Of a stretch of 64,000 nt of DNA, positions 1 through 12,274 are shown piece after piece. Made by a program: the position numbers and the translations under genes. The stretch comes from Azolla caroliniana. Its lineage: Eukaryota > Plantae > Polypodiophyta. The stretch covers positions 18,476,001-18,540,000 of the forward strand of contig JBHGNT010000014.1 in NCBI GenBank assembly GCA_043228905.1, read 5' to 3'. The notes under the pieces are model-generated. The model did not search any database. It was given only the letters and a program-made list of their open reading frames with translations, and was not told the DNA's origin. Within the stretch, counting starts at the first letter, position 1, and each line of letters opens with the position of its first letter.

Positions 1-66
1 ATCAGAAATCAGAAAGTTACTTGTTGAAGTAACTAAAGCAAAACCCTGGTTTTTTGGAAGAAAAAA

Positions 67-2643
67 ATGGCTGCAGAGAATGTAGGCCAAATGGTCACAG
101 AGAAATTAGATAAAAACAATTTCCCGGCGTGGAAATTCAGAATGACAAACTTTCTGATGGGGAAAGGATACTGGGATTACATTGAAGGAGACCTAGAAGA
201 GGCTCCAGAGATCCCAGAAGAAAATGCCACAGCAGCACAGATTAAAGCATTCAAAGATTGGAATCAAGGGGCAAGGAAGGTAATGCATTGGCTCTCACTT
301 AGCATCTCAGATTCAATGCTTGGGCATATACAAGATGCTATGCTCCCAAAAGAAGCTTGGGACAACTTGGTAAAACTGTTTGCTGTGAACACAAAGGCTA
401 GAAAGCTCCAGTTAAAGACTGAGCTAAATACCTTGGAGAAAGGTAAGATGTCAATAAATGAATATGCCCTAAAAATCAAGAGTATATGTGAATCACTTGC
501 TTCTATCAATGTGAAGACAGAAGATGATGACAAAGTGGAAATATGCTTAAGAGGCTTAGGACCTCAATACAAGAGTTTTAAAACTTCTATGCTCACAAGG
601 GATAGTATCCCAAGTTTTCCAGATCTGGTCTCAATGCTTGTGGTAGAGGAAAGGAATCAGATGGATGATGCAAATAAAGGAAACTCAGAGAACGAGGGGC
701 AAGCCCTCTATAATAATGCCGGAAGAGGCCGAGGAAGAGGCCATGGAAGATTTGGCTCAGGAAGAACCAATAATAATGGCTTCCAAGGAAGAGGACAACA
801 AGCTCATAGAGGAGGAAACAACAACAGAGGCAGGGGGAGCAACCGAAGTAGAGGTAAGCAAACTTATGTAAATGATGATGGCTGCTGGTATTGTGGTAAA
901 CCAGGCCATACACAGGCTGAATGTTACAAGAAACAAAATGATGAGAAAAGAGGAAAAGGACAACAGAGTAACTATGCCTCTACTAGTGAAGATTGTGAAA
1001 AGGAAGGTGGTTTTGTAGTGCAACATGAGATAGCAGCAGTGGCTGAAAGCTCACAGAAATGTAATGAAGAGTTTACGTGGTATGTAGACTCGGGGGCATC
1101 TAACCATATGACTGGACATGCAAATTGGTTTGAGAGTTTAAGAGAACCAGAGGTTCCTGGTTATGTACAAACAGGTGATGACACAACTCACCAAATAAAA
1201 CATGTTGGAGATATCCCATTGTGGGAAGAAAGAGGAAAAACCAAGTATATGTTGAATGTGATGCATGTTCCAAACTTTGCTAAGAATCTGATTTCTGTTG
1301 GACAGATTGTAGAGCAAGGTATGCAAGTGAAGTTTAAGCAAAGTGGATGCTATATAGAAAAGAATGGAAAGCTCATTGCAAAAGGGAAGAGACAAGGAAG
1401 AATGTTTATCTTGGATGTAGAAATGCCCAAACAGATTTCAGCCATGTTTGCAAATGGAACGAGTGTAATCTCAGATGTGGAAATGTGGCATAAAAGGATT
1501 GGCCATATAAGTATGCAAACATTAAAGAATATGTTGAGAAAAGATGCAGTGGCTGGACTGCCAAACTTGAAAAAGTGTGAAATGGGAAAAGTATGTGAAG
1601 CATGTCAATATGGTAAGCAAAACAGGTTGCCATTCCCTCATGAAAGACATGTAAGCAAAAATCTGTTGGATTTGGTACATACAGATGTATGGGGACCAAC
1701 AAAGAATGCATCTATTGGTGGATGCAGATTTTATGTTACATTTATTGATGATTGTTCACGAAAGACATGGGTGTACTTCATGAAGGAGAAAAGTGAAGTA
1801 TTTGACTGTTTTCGTAAGTTTAAATGCATGGTAGAAAAGCAGGCTGGTACAAGGATAAAATGTTTGAGATCTGATGGAGGAGGAGAGTATTTCTCCAATG
1901 AATTTTCTGATTTTTTGTGTAATCAGGGAATAAGAAGACAGTTCACATGCCGATATACTCCACAGCAAAATGGAGTTGCTGAGAGGAAAAATAGAACTTT
2001 GGTGAACATAGCAAGGGCAATGATGACTGAGAAGAACATGCCATTATACTATTGGGCAGAAGCTGTAAATACAGCAAATTACATTTTAAATAGATGTATT
2101 ACATCAGGAGTACATGAGGCAACTCCTGAAGAGTGTTTTTATGGCAGGAAGCCTAGCTTACAACACTTGAAAGTGTTTGGATGCCTTGCATATGTACATG
2201 TGCCTGCAGAAGTAAGAAGTAAGTTGGATCCAAAAGCAGAAAAATGTATCTTTGTTGGATATTCAGAAGAACAAAAAGGGTACAGATGTTATAACCCTGT
2301 GACTAAAAAGATTGTGACAAGTCGAGATGTGATATTTGATGAGTTGGCTAGTTGGTACAGCCCAAAACAGAATCTAGAGACTGATGAAGACTGTCAAAAT
2401 GAAGACAAAGACAGATCAGAAAATGTAGAAGACTGTCACAGAGATGGAGACAAGGTTGGACAGCAAAGTCCAACATCAACAGAATGTTCTGGACCATCAA
2501 AAAGCTCAGATGGTAAATCTGATTCAAATTCATGGAGTGGAAAAACTGGACAGAAAAAATCTGATGACAAAAAAGGAAAACAGAAAATGCCAGAGTATGA
2601 AATCCCGGATGACCTATCAAAAAACATGGAAGATGAAGATTGA
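67..2643 (+). CDS. Copia gag-protease-integrase (858 aa), ends at TGA before RT
   Basis: Zn knuckle CWYCGKPGHTQAEC, protease WYVDSGASNHM, GAG-pre-integrase WHKRIGH...CEAC, integrase core HTDVWGP/RSDGGGEY/QQNGVAER. Confidence 0.93.
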   Translation: MAAENVGQMVTEKLDKNNFPAWKFRMTNFLMGKGYWDYIEGDLEEAPEIPEENATAAQIKAFKDWNQGARKVMHWLSLSISDSMLGHIQDAMLPKEAWDNLVKLFAVNTKARKLQLKTELNTLEKGKMSINEYALKIKSICESLASINVKTEDDDKVEICLRGLGPQYKSFKTSMLTRDSIPSFPDLVSMLVVEERNQMDDANKGNSENEGQALYNNAGRGRGRGHGRFGSGRTNNNGFQGRGQQAHRGGNNNRGRGSNRSRGKQTYVNDDGCWYCGKPGHTQAECYKKQNDEKRGKGQQSNYASTSEDCEKEGGFVVQHEIAAVAESSQKCNEEFTWYVDSGASNHMTGHANWFESLREPEVPGYVQTGDDTTHQIKHVGDIPLWEERGKTKYMLNVMHVPNFAKNLISVGQIVEQGMQVKFKQSGCYIEKNGKLIAKGKRQGRMFILDVEMPKQISAMFANGTSVISDVEMWHKRIGHISMQTLKNMLRKDAVAGLPNLKKCEMGKVCEACQYGKQNRLPFPHERHVSKNLLDLVHTDVWGPTKNASIGGCRFYVTFIDDCSRKTWVYFMKEKSEVFDCFRKFKCMVEKQAGTRIKCLRSDGGGEYFSNEFSDFLCNQGIRRQFTCRYTPQQNGVAERKNRTLVNIARAMMTEKNMPLYYWAEAVNTANYILNRCITSGVHEATPEECFYGRKPSLQHLKVFGCLAYVHVPAEVRSKLDPKAEKCIFVGYSEEQKGYRCYNPVTKKIVTSRDVIFDELASWYSPKQNLETDEDCQNEDKDRSENVEDCHRDGDKVGQQSPTSTECSGPSKSSDGKSDSNSWSGKTGQKKSDDKKGKQKMPEYEIPDDLSKNMEDED

Positions 2644-2646
2644 GAT

Positions 2647-4392
2647 ATGTCTTTGGATGATTTCCTTGGAATACAGGAAATGAAAATCCCTGGTATGGAA
2701 AAGGCAATAAAGAATGCAAATCAGAAACTGAGAAGATCAGATAGAGAGAAAAAGACTGTGGAAAGATTTGGGTATGATACATACATGGCTATGCATTATG
2801 CATACATGTCTAAGGTGGTACAGATCCCTGACCCAAACAGCTTCGAAGAAGCAAAATCTGAGAAGAAATGGATGGATGCAATGCAAGAAGAGATTGATGC
2901 ATTGGCTGAGAACAAAACGTGGGATTTAGTGAAGTTACCAAAAGAGAAAAATGTGGTAGGCTGCAAATGGGTCTACAAGACAAAGCATGACTCCAATGGG
3001 AATGTAAGTAGACATAAAGCAAGATTGGTTGCAAAAGGATATGCTCAGATGCAAGGGATTGATTATGATGAGACTTTTGCACCGGTTGCAAAGATGGCAA
3101 CCTTGAGAACACTACTTGTTGTAGGAGCAGCCAGAAAATGGATTTTGCATCACATGGATGTAAAAAATGCTTTTTTACATGGTAACTTGGAAGAAGAAGT
3201 GTATATGAGTCAACCACCAGGTTTTGAAGATAAGAAACATCCTGATTATGTATGTAAGCTGAAAAAAGCTCTCTATGGACTGAAACAGGCACCAAGAGCA
3301 TGGCACAGAGAACTTTCAGATTCTCTGAAAAATCTTGGTTTCAAAATGTCAAAAGCTGATCCTTCTTTGTATGTAAAAAGTGAAAATGATTGCATTGTTA
3401 TTATTCTGATTTATGTAGATGATTTGATTATTGGAGGAGATTCCGTGGATGAAATAAGAAAGTTGAAAAAAAATCTGGAAATGCAGTTTCATATGAAAGA
3501 TTTGGGAGATCTGAGATATTTTCTTGGTATTGAAATCATCAGATCTGAAAGTGGTATATGTATGTTGCAAAAACAGTATGCAACAACTATGTTGAAAAAG
3601 TATGGTATGCTTGGATGCAAACCTATTGCTGTACCACTTGATAAAAACTGCAAGTTGAGGGCTGATTTGGGAGCCAAGATAGAAGATGTAAACATGTACA
3701 GGTCTATGGTGGGTAGCCTTATTTATTTGACTATAACAAGACCTGATTTGAGCTATGCTGTTGGATTAGTCAGCCAGTTTATGCAACAGCCAACAAAGCC
3801 ACATTTGGACTGCATCAGAAGGATTCTGAGGTATGTAAAAGCAACTCAGAACTTTGGACTATTTTACAGGGCTGATCTAGACATAAATCTGGAAGGATAT
3901 ACAGATGCTGATTGGGCTGGAAGCCAAACAGACAGGAGATCCACAAGTGGATACATGTTTACCTTGGGAAGTGCAGGAATTTCATGGAGTAGCAAGAAAC
4001 AGGCTACTGTTGCATTGTCTAGTACTGAAGCTGAGTACAGAGGAGCTGCCATAGCCACATGTGAAGAAGTATGGATCAGAAGACTGCTTGCTGATCTGGG
4101 AGTATATATAGATGGTGCTGTCACAATCTGGTGTGACAATATGAGCAGCATTCAGCTTGCAAAGAACCCAGTGTTCCATGCAAGAACAAAGCACATTGAG
4201 GTGCATTATCACTTTGTTAGAGAAAAAGTGATGGAAGGTGAAGTTGATCTGGTGTATGTGAATACAAATCAGCAGGTTGCTGATATCCTTACGAAGGGAT
4301 TGAGTGTGGAAAAACATACACAGTTTCGGAACATGATGGGAGTTGTAAACATTGATGAGATGGCTAAAAAGCAAAATGGAAAAGAAGATTGA
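2647..4392 (+). CDS. Copia reverse transcriptase-RNase H (581 aa), same frame as upstream ORF
   Basis: KARLVAKGY, MDVKNAFLHG, LYGLKQAPRAW, YVDD, YTDADWAG, HARTKHIEVHYHF. Confidence 0.92.
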   Translation: MSLDDFLGIQEMKIPGMEKAIKNANQKLRRSDREKKTVERFGYDTYMAMHYAYMSKVVQIPDPNSFEEAKSEKKWMDAMQEEIDALAENKTWDLVKLPKEKNVVGCKWVYKTKHDSNGNVSRHKARLVAKGYAQMQGIDYDETFAPVAKMATLRTLLVVGAARKWILHHMDVKNAFLHGNLEEEVYMSQPPGFEDKKHPDYVCKLKKALYGLKQAPRAWHRELSDSLKNLGFKMSKADPSLYVKSENDCIVIILIYVDDLIIGGDSVDEIRKLKKNLEMQFHMKDLGDLRYFLGIEIIRSESGICMLQKQYATTMLKKYGMLGCKPIAVPLDKNCKLRADLGAKIEDVNMYRSMVGSLIYLTITRPDLSYAVGLVSQFMQQPTKPHLDCIRRILRYVKATQNFGLFYRADLDINLEGYTDADWAGSQTDRRSTSGYMFTLGSAGISWSSKKQATVALSSTEAEYRGAAIATCEEVWIRRLLADLGVYIDGAVTIWCDNMSSIQLAKNPVFHARTKHIEVHYHFVREKVMEGEVDLVYVNTNQQVADILTKGLSVEKHTQFRNMMGVVNIDEMAKKQNGKED

Positions 4393-4432
4393 AGAGAACC
4401 TCAAGCAAGAATAAGTTGAGCTTGAGGGGGAG

Positions 4433-4899
4433 TGTTGAGAAGCAAGCTCAACATGGTATGTGATGCTTATGAGAAATAAGCTATAGTAGCTATTTAGCTA
4501 CTAGTGAACAAACAGGTAAAACAGCTATTTAGCTAGTGACAGCTAATTAGCTAGTGAACAGCTATTTAGCGACTGACAGCTAATTAGCTACTGGCAGCTA
4601 ATTAGCTGCATGTGTAATAACTTATGACTTAGGTAAAAGTAAGTGAGAGAAAATAGGAAGTAAGTAGTAAGGAAAAAACAGAGAATAGTGAGTAGAGAAC
4701 TCTGAGAGAGAGTGAGAGACCAGAAGACTGACGAGAGCAAGTTGAGCTCTACATGTAATAGAAGAAAACCATTTTGCTACTACAGAGGTAAGTCCCCTTT
4801 CCTTTCTCTGTCTGTTTAGAGCACGCTAACGATCCAGCACACTACGATCCGCCGCGCACATAAGAAGAGCTCGAGTGCCTTCTTCACGTTTTCTTAACA
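4433..4899 (+). repeat. 3' LTR of A (467 bp)
   Basis: TG...CA directly after PPT; matches the reverse complement of 39201-39667 and 44177-44625. Confidence 0.95.
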
Positions 4900-7800
4900 G
4901 ACCAGAGCCCCGCGGTTACCACAAGTCCTCCACCGGGTACAGGAAACAATGCTGAATCCAGCAACACCCGGAAAGCATATTGCTATTACTGCCAGCAAGA
5001 AGGACATTATAGTAATCAATGTCTGGCAAAAAGCTATGATAAGAGACCGGCAGTAAACATGGTAGTCGCCCAAGTCGCAAACCTCCAGCAGGTCACCACA
5101 AGGTCGAAGGGGAAGACTACGGAATGGGAGACAGAAGAGGCCATCCGGAAACAAGCAACGGAATGGGTAAAAAAGGCCAATGAGCGAAACGTAGCAGAAC
5201 TCCCGCAACAGAAGGAGAACACCGAAGAGCTCGCCGGAAGCAGTCAGTCCGAAAATGCGACATGGCAGGTATTGCAGGAATGCCAGATCACGCTGCCGTT
5301 AGGACGACTCTTGCAGCTAGTACCAAGATTCACAGAAGGACTCAAGGAAGGCATGACGACAGGCGGAACACCACCGGCTATGGCATTCTTCTCCAATCCG
5401 GAGGAGGGACCGGCTGTGGTGGACACCAACAGTCCGGCAATTACGGCCATTGTGAAAGGGAAAGAACTCCTCGGCACAATAATGGACGGAGGCTCCGGCG
5501 TTAATGTGATCAGCCTCCGGACATGCGATGCTCTTGGAATCCAAGAGTGGGAGCCATGTCCGTTCTGGCTCCGAATGGTTGACACAAGTTCGGTGCGACC
5601 GACAGGATTAATACGGAATTTGGAAGTAGCCATCAGGGGCCACACATTCCGAATCTCAGTCGTAGTTCTCTAGTTGCAGGCTCAAGGAGCGTACCCATTA
5701 TTGTTGGGATGTCCTTGGTTAAAAATAGCACATATCAAGCAGAACTGGAGGTGGAATATGATTACGTTCCAGCGAGGAAAAGCGAAGATACGGGTACCAA
5801 CACAACAAAGGAAGGGCACCGGCAAGGACCTGACACCGTTATATGCGGAGTGTGTCAATATGCTGGAGGGATTAGCAGACGAAGAAGAAGAGCAGTACTT
5901 GCTGGAGAACCCGAAGATTGTACCCCTCTTCGAAATCGACGTCGCGGAAGCGGTATCACCCTACTTACTACAACCGGACGAAACCGAAGTGGAACCGGAT
6001 AAAGAAGCAATCCGGGAGTTACGGCATGCGCAGGAGGCGTTGGAAAGGGAAATGGTCGTATCCTAGCGCGTAAAAGCGTCCCAGTTAGAAGAGGTAAATC
6101 TAGGAACGGCGGAGGAGGCAAAACCGGTGCACATCGCCAAAGAAATGAATGCAGAGAACAAAACGGCGATAATTACACTCCTCAACGAGTTTCGCGACGT
6201 CTTTGCCTGGTCGTACGAGGATATGAGAGGCCTGGATCCTTACTTGTATCAGCACCAGATACATCAGAGCAAAGACGCCAAGCCGGTGGCACAGCGGCGG
6301 TACCGGATGAACCCAAACTACGCCGCCAAAGTCAAGGAGGAGATCGACAAATTAGTGAGGGTCGGCTTCATCTAGCCTGTAAAGAAATCTACATGGCTGA
6401 GCCCGATTGTAGTCGTACCGAAAAAGAACGGAAAAATTAGAGTTTGTGTCGACTACCAGAAGCTCAATGCGTGAACGGTAACGGATGCATTTCCCCTTCC
6501 GTTTACGGATGGAGTTTTGGATGTCGTCGCTGGCCATGAAGTCTACAGTTTCTTAGACGGATTCAGCGGGTATAATCAGATCCGGATGCATCCTGAGGAT
6601 CAAGAGAAAACGGCTTTCGTCACCGAATGGGAAGTGTTTGTTGCGGTGGCGATGATGTTAGGGCTGAAAACGGCACCATCAACATTCCAACGGATCATCA
6701 TGGAGATCTTTGGCGAATACATACTGGCTTTTATGCAGGTGTTCCTTGACGACTTCGCCATCTATTGTAGAGAAGAAGATCATTTGCGGCATCTCAGACT
6801 ATGTCTAGAGAAGTGTAGGGCGTACCGGCTAAGCCTGAATCCGGCGAAGTGTGTATTTGGATTGGCCAGCGGAACGCTACTAGGGCATATAGTAAGCAAG
6901 GAAGGCATTGTCGTAGATCCGGACAAAGTGAAAGCAATCCGGGAAGCACCGGCCCCGGCAACGGCAAAGGCATTAAGCCATTTCCTAGGACAAATCCGCT
7001 GGCATAGCGGTATGCTCCGATATTTGGCAGACCTGGCTACACCTCTGCATACGGCAGTACATCGAACACCATTCCAATGGACCGACATCGAAGACAGGGC
7101 CTACCGGGCACTAAAGTTGTTATTGTCACAAGCACCGGTAGTGCAGCCTCCCGATTGGAGTAAAGAGTTTCATGTGTTCGTGGACGCTTCCGATATCGCA
7201 ATCGGCAGCGCGCTCATGCAGCTTACCGAGCCAAGGTGGTACCGGCCAGTGTACTATGCCAGCCGGAAGTTATCCCAAGCGGAACGAAATTATTCTACCA
7301 CGGAAAGGGAAGCTTTAGGAATGATCTACAGTGTAACAAAATTCAGGCATTATTTATTGGGAAGAAAGTTCTCCTTTCATGTAGATCATTCGGCACTCCT
7401 CTACCTAGTATCCAAAGCGTCACTTACCGGTAAGTTGGCCTGGTGGACTTTGTTGTTGCAAGAGTTCGAATTCGAGATATTCCACCGACCCGGCATACAA
7501 CATGTGGTAGCAGATTATCTAAACCGGTTAGATTCCGGGGAGACAGGTGACGAAGTACCGGACGGGTTTCCGGATGCAGAGCTTTTTCGAGTCACCACGG
7601 AAACGGCAACAGATGGAACGGTGGCACAAGAAGATAAGTGGCTAACTAATATGCACCAGTTTCTAAGTACCGGATTGCCACCGGAGGAGATGAACCGGGA
7701 CGAGACAAAACGCCTGGCGGTACAGAGCCAACACTTCTGTTTACTACAGGACACGCTATACCACAAAGGTGCAGACGGTATCTGGTGACGAGTGGTGCGC

Positions 7801-9024
7801 AGCGACGAGAAGGAGGTAATACTACGGGAGGCACACTGCGGAGTCGCCGAAGGCCATTATGCCGGAGATGCGACGGCAAGGAAAGTATGGCAAAGTGGCC
7901 TATGGTGGCCAACCACATTGAAAGATGTAGTCCGGTATGCGAAGGAGTGTGATCTATGCCAACGAATGGGTCAGCCAATGGAGCAAGCTCGGATGCCACA
8001 CCAGCCAGTCCTACCACTAGAACCATTCTAGAAATGGGGGCTGGATTTCGTCGGGCCATTTAAACCACCGGCAATGAGAACCGGCAACCGGTATGTGATC
8101 GTCGCGACGGATTACTGCAAGTCTAAGTGGGTGGAAGCGAAAGCCCTACGAGACAACACCGCGGCGTCAACAGCGAAATTCTTATACGAATACATTTGGT
8201 GACGGTACGGTTGCCCCATAGAACTGATAAGCGACCAAGGAGGGCACTTTCTTGGACAGGTGGTAGAAAGTTTGACGACGTTCTATGCGGTAGTACATAA
8301 AAGAAGCACACCGTACTATCCGCAAGCAAATGGGTTAGCTGAGTCGACGAACAAAACGCTCCAAAATATCCTCCGGAAGATCGTCAATGAAAATCGGATT
8401 GATTGGGACACGAAGCTGCACAGTGCGCTCTGGGCTTACCGGACAGCGTACAAAACAAGCATTCGGACAACACCGTTCCGGTTAGCATTCGGATTGGAGG
8501 CAGTCATGCCGGTCGAGTTTCATGTACCAAGCTTACGGATTCAGATTCGGGAACGATTGAATGAAAAGGAATTGGAGGCAATTCGGTTAAAGGCCCTGTG
8601 CGAATTGGAAGAACACCGACTGGCGAGCATTATGCACCTGGAATTGGAACAACGGAGACAGAAAGCATTTGTAGATCGGCACTGGAAAGGAAACGAAAAG
8701 ATGTTCGGAACCGGCAAGCCGGTACTCGTGTTCCAGACCCGGATGGGCAAAATGCCAGGTAAACTACGGTTTAGGTGGACCGGACCGTACTGGATCACAC
8801 GCGAGTTCAATGGGTCCTACCAATTGGGGACACTTGCCGGAGAAGTGCTGGGCAAATGGGTCAACGGATTTAGATTAAAACCATACAAAGGACCTATGCC
8901 TAAGAACCCATTTGAACGAAGGGCCGCCACCGAATCAGACGCCGGTAGGCCAACCATAACGGCAACCGGTGAAGACGACGGCTACCACCAAGCCAATAAG
9001 GAGGAGCATGAGCCAGCAAACTGA
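4900..9024 (+). pseudogene. Gypsy F gag(end)-pol with premature stops
   Basis: Zn knuckle CYYCQQEGHYSNQC ~4980-5022, protease IMDGGSGVN, DVFAWSYEDM, RT FLDGFSGYNQI/FLDD, RH FVDAS, integrase YYPQANGLAE; in-frame stops at 6064, 6373, 7786, 8029. Confidence 0.9.
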
Positions 9025-9506
9025 CAAGAGGCCGGCAAGTTGCACGCTTCGGGCAAAGGTCCGATGGGATCGGAGAACAACTAACCACACAAGTTCAAAA
9101 AAAGAAAAAAAGAAAAAGAAAAAGAATAAAGAATAAAGGAGCGAATCAAATAAATCATGGAAAGGAGTGGTGGAAACGGCCATGCACACGAGGAATAAAG
9201 AGGCACGTCGAAAAGGTACGAGGAGCTATGAATAGGACATTAAACCACCGCCACATGGCACGCAATGCTATTATAGTACACGACCTGCACATGCGGAGGC
9301 TCGAAAAAGGCGCCAAGATGCAGAGAGAAAAACCCCCACGCATTGAGACCTTCTCCTATCGCGAACCAAGGAGAACAGACGTAGAGCGACGCGTGAAGAT
9401 ACATCGCAGAGAGCTCGCACACAGAGAACCCCCTCCCTCAGAACTTTCTCTCTCATATTCTCCCCACCATCAAACCTCTCCGACGCTCTCCGACCTCGAC
9501 GCAGAG

Positions 9507-12260
9507 ATGGATTGTCAAACGTTGTCTGAAGCCGCCAAGAAATGGTTATGACAGCACGGTCTGGAGGGTTTTTTAACGATCATGGAGGCAGCGCCACACA
9601 AGGAGGCCGAGAAGATTATAAAAGAAATCAACATGGAGGTGATCATGGAGGAGGCGATCCGTGCGTTAATAGGTCTTCCGGAGGGTAGTATCTACACGAT
9701 TGACAATCCTACCCCCGAGCAACTCATCAAATATTTCGGTGAGTACTCTCTAGCCAACAAGGGCTATAGGACACAGGGCGGCGAAGATATGCTATTCCGA
9801 GAAATTGCCCGTGTGCTCCACGAGTTCGGCCACGTGTACCCTCGACCCCCCGGCATGCCTCAGAACCGAGTAGGCTTGATCATCGCAATGTACGAAGGGG
9901 TCAAGGTAGATTGGCCGGTGTTCATCGCCGACGGGCTGTGTACGACTATTGATATAGTAAGGGGAAAGGACGGCAAGGAAGGCCGGAAAATATGGCATGC
10001 AGTGACACAATGGCTCACCCTGTTGGCGCCACCGGTCGAGCCCATCCAAACCAAGAAGCGGGGAAGAACAACGGATGGCACCCCTAAACCTGCTTCGAAA
10101 CGGCAACAACTGTTGGCTTCCAAGGCCACTAAGGGGAAGACTGCCGAAGCAGAGAAGGCGGCGAAGGAGCGCGCCAACCGGAAGCGACCAACGGACATGC
10201 ATGAGGAGACACCGGCACGGGCCTTGAAGAGCCCACTCCACCGACTGGCGCAACAGGAAACGGACACCTTGGCGGCCAGAATGAATGCCGGGACTCAGGC
10301 GGAAGAGATGGAGGAAGAACCCACGGAGCACCTCTAGCGGCGGCCGGTGAAGAGCACCGCAGAATCAGCCAGGAAACGTTCGGACCCACAGAAGGATGGA
10401 ACACCCACAACTCACGCTGAGCAACCCACGCCAAGGGAGGCACCGGAACCGCTCACAGAAGTCCCGACACAACAGGCAGCACCGGCAAGCCTCGTCACCC
10501 AACAGCCGGAGATACAAAGGCCAACCGCCCTAGCCGGCCAAGAACAAGCAGACAAGGGGCGACTAGAAGAACCACACTAAGAGCCGGAACGGCAAAACGG
10601 TCAGCTGGCAGAACCAGAAGCGCAGCTTGACGCAGAAAGGCGGGACCAGCCACCGGCAAGTAAACCCATCAGCCAACTCTCCATGCAAGCGCAACAACAG
10701 TGCATCGGCAGCCAATGGCTCCAGTGGATAGGAGACCAAATTGCCAGAGTTGTCAGATGCATAGAGGCGGAGGAAAGAGCGCAAACGGAACGGTTGCTCG
10801 TCACAACCGATGAACTGGAGACGGCCCGGTCAAGGATCCGGTGCCTGGAACAAGACTTGGATCGGATCACAGGAGATATGGCCAAAATGGCCTTAACCGT
10901 AACGCAGGTCCAAGCACCGGTGACTCCGGTTGATGTACAGAAGAATAAGACCCCGGAGACACAAAAGGTCCCGGAGAAAGAGGCGGCGCAAGCCCAAGAG
11001 CTTGCGGTATTATGAGATGAGCTAGCCGCACAAGAAGCATTACGGAGCCGCAAACATGACTTGAAGAAGGCGGCCAAAGAAGAATTAAGAAAGACTGCTG
11101 AGAACCTTCGTCGTGCAGAGGAAAACCTGCGTAAAGGACATCATGCTTACGACCGACGGAAGGAGGAAAAAGAGAAAGTGTTGCAGGAAAAAGACAAGCT
11201 GCGATGAATGGCGGAAACGGAAATCGAGCGGCTGAAGGAAGAGCTCCGGCAACAAAAGGACCGGGAGGACCGCGCGCGCCGTCAGATAAACCAAAGGCTG
11301 AAGTAGAAGACCGATGATTTCGATCATCTGCATCGGGACTACAAGCAGCTGGAGACGGAGCATCAGCAACGGATGGCCGAGCTCCGGCAAGAGGTTGATA
11401 AGGCCACAACGGCACTCGTCGAAGAACGAGCGGAAAGTTCCAAGCTATTGGAGGAAGCGGCGAATGCCCAGATGGAGCACCACAAACAGAACCATGAAGA
11501 TAAGGAAAGAGCGACAATGGTACTACAGAGGTTGCAAACAACCTATCAAACTCAATTGTCGCATTATAGGGAGTAGGAGGCGAACACGGTTCGGATCATC
11601 AAGCAGTTGAAGGAAGAGCGACAAGCCGCAGAAAATAAATCACAAATGGGAGCCGAACGGATCCAGTGCATCCTCCGGTCATGGCTCACTAAAACCAAAA
11701 GCTTGATTGATGACAACTCTGTGCGTTGGTGGGCAAAATGGGCGCAAAATACCGCGGAACTACAATTGCTTAGGGCGGACGTTGAAAATCGATGAAAGGA
11801 GGGCAACGACTGTTATATGCTGACCTCGGAGGACTTCACCACCATCAGGGACGAGCTGGTGGAAGATTTCATAGCCCTGGCGGATGAACAATTGGTGCAG
11901 GTCCGGCAGCTCGTAGCTCAACTAGACGATGATCGGCTGGAGGCTCAAATCCAGTTCGAAAGCTATGAGCGGTCCCAGCTCCGGGAAGAAAAAGCGCGAA
12001 AGGCGGCAATGGTCAACCTTAGTGATGAGGAACCGCCGCCGGTGCAAAGACCGGAGGGGGAACAGGCCAGGGTCAGTCGGCCACAGACAACTCCGACAGA
12101 GGAACCAACGACGGAAACACCGGTGCCAGAGCCACAAACGGAGCAGCAGCCACAACCACAAACAGAACAACAGCAGCAGCCACAACAACAACAACAGATT
12201 CCCGACGAGCCATTGGAAATTTTGGAGCAAAGCATTATGTACATTTTGGACGAAGCATAA
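9507..12260 (+). pseudogene. Extra sense ORF downstream of pol in F (~900 codons; globular N-terminus, coiled-coil-like middle, Q/P-rich tail)
   Basis: ORF fragments at 9228, 9582, 10347, 10683, 11373, 11607 and 11817 all share one frame, mostly separated by single stops. Confidence 0.7.
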
Positions 12261-12274
12261 AAGGGGTCGGATAA

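Larger units (their letters stand above)
1..4899 (+). mobile_element. Ty1/Copia element A (young; 5' LTR outside window)
   Basis: gag-PR-INT then RT-RH order; PPT GAGGGGGAG 4424-4432; 3' LTR TGTTG...TAACA 4433-4899; near-identical to A' (39201-44625). Confidence 0.97.

Noticed and set aside
2513-2676. GT...AG intron removing the stop in A
   Set aside because: The best-looking donor/acceptor pair spans 164 nt and would not restore the frame; other pairs were not tested.
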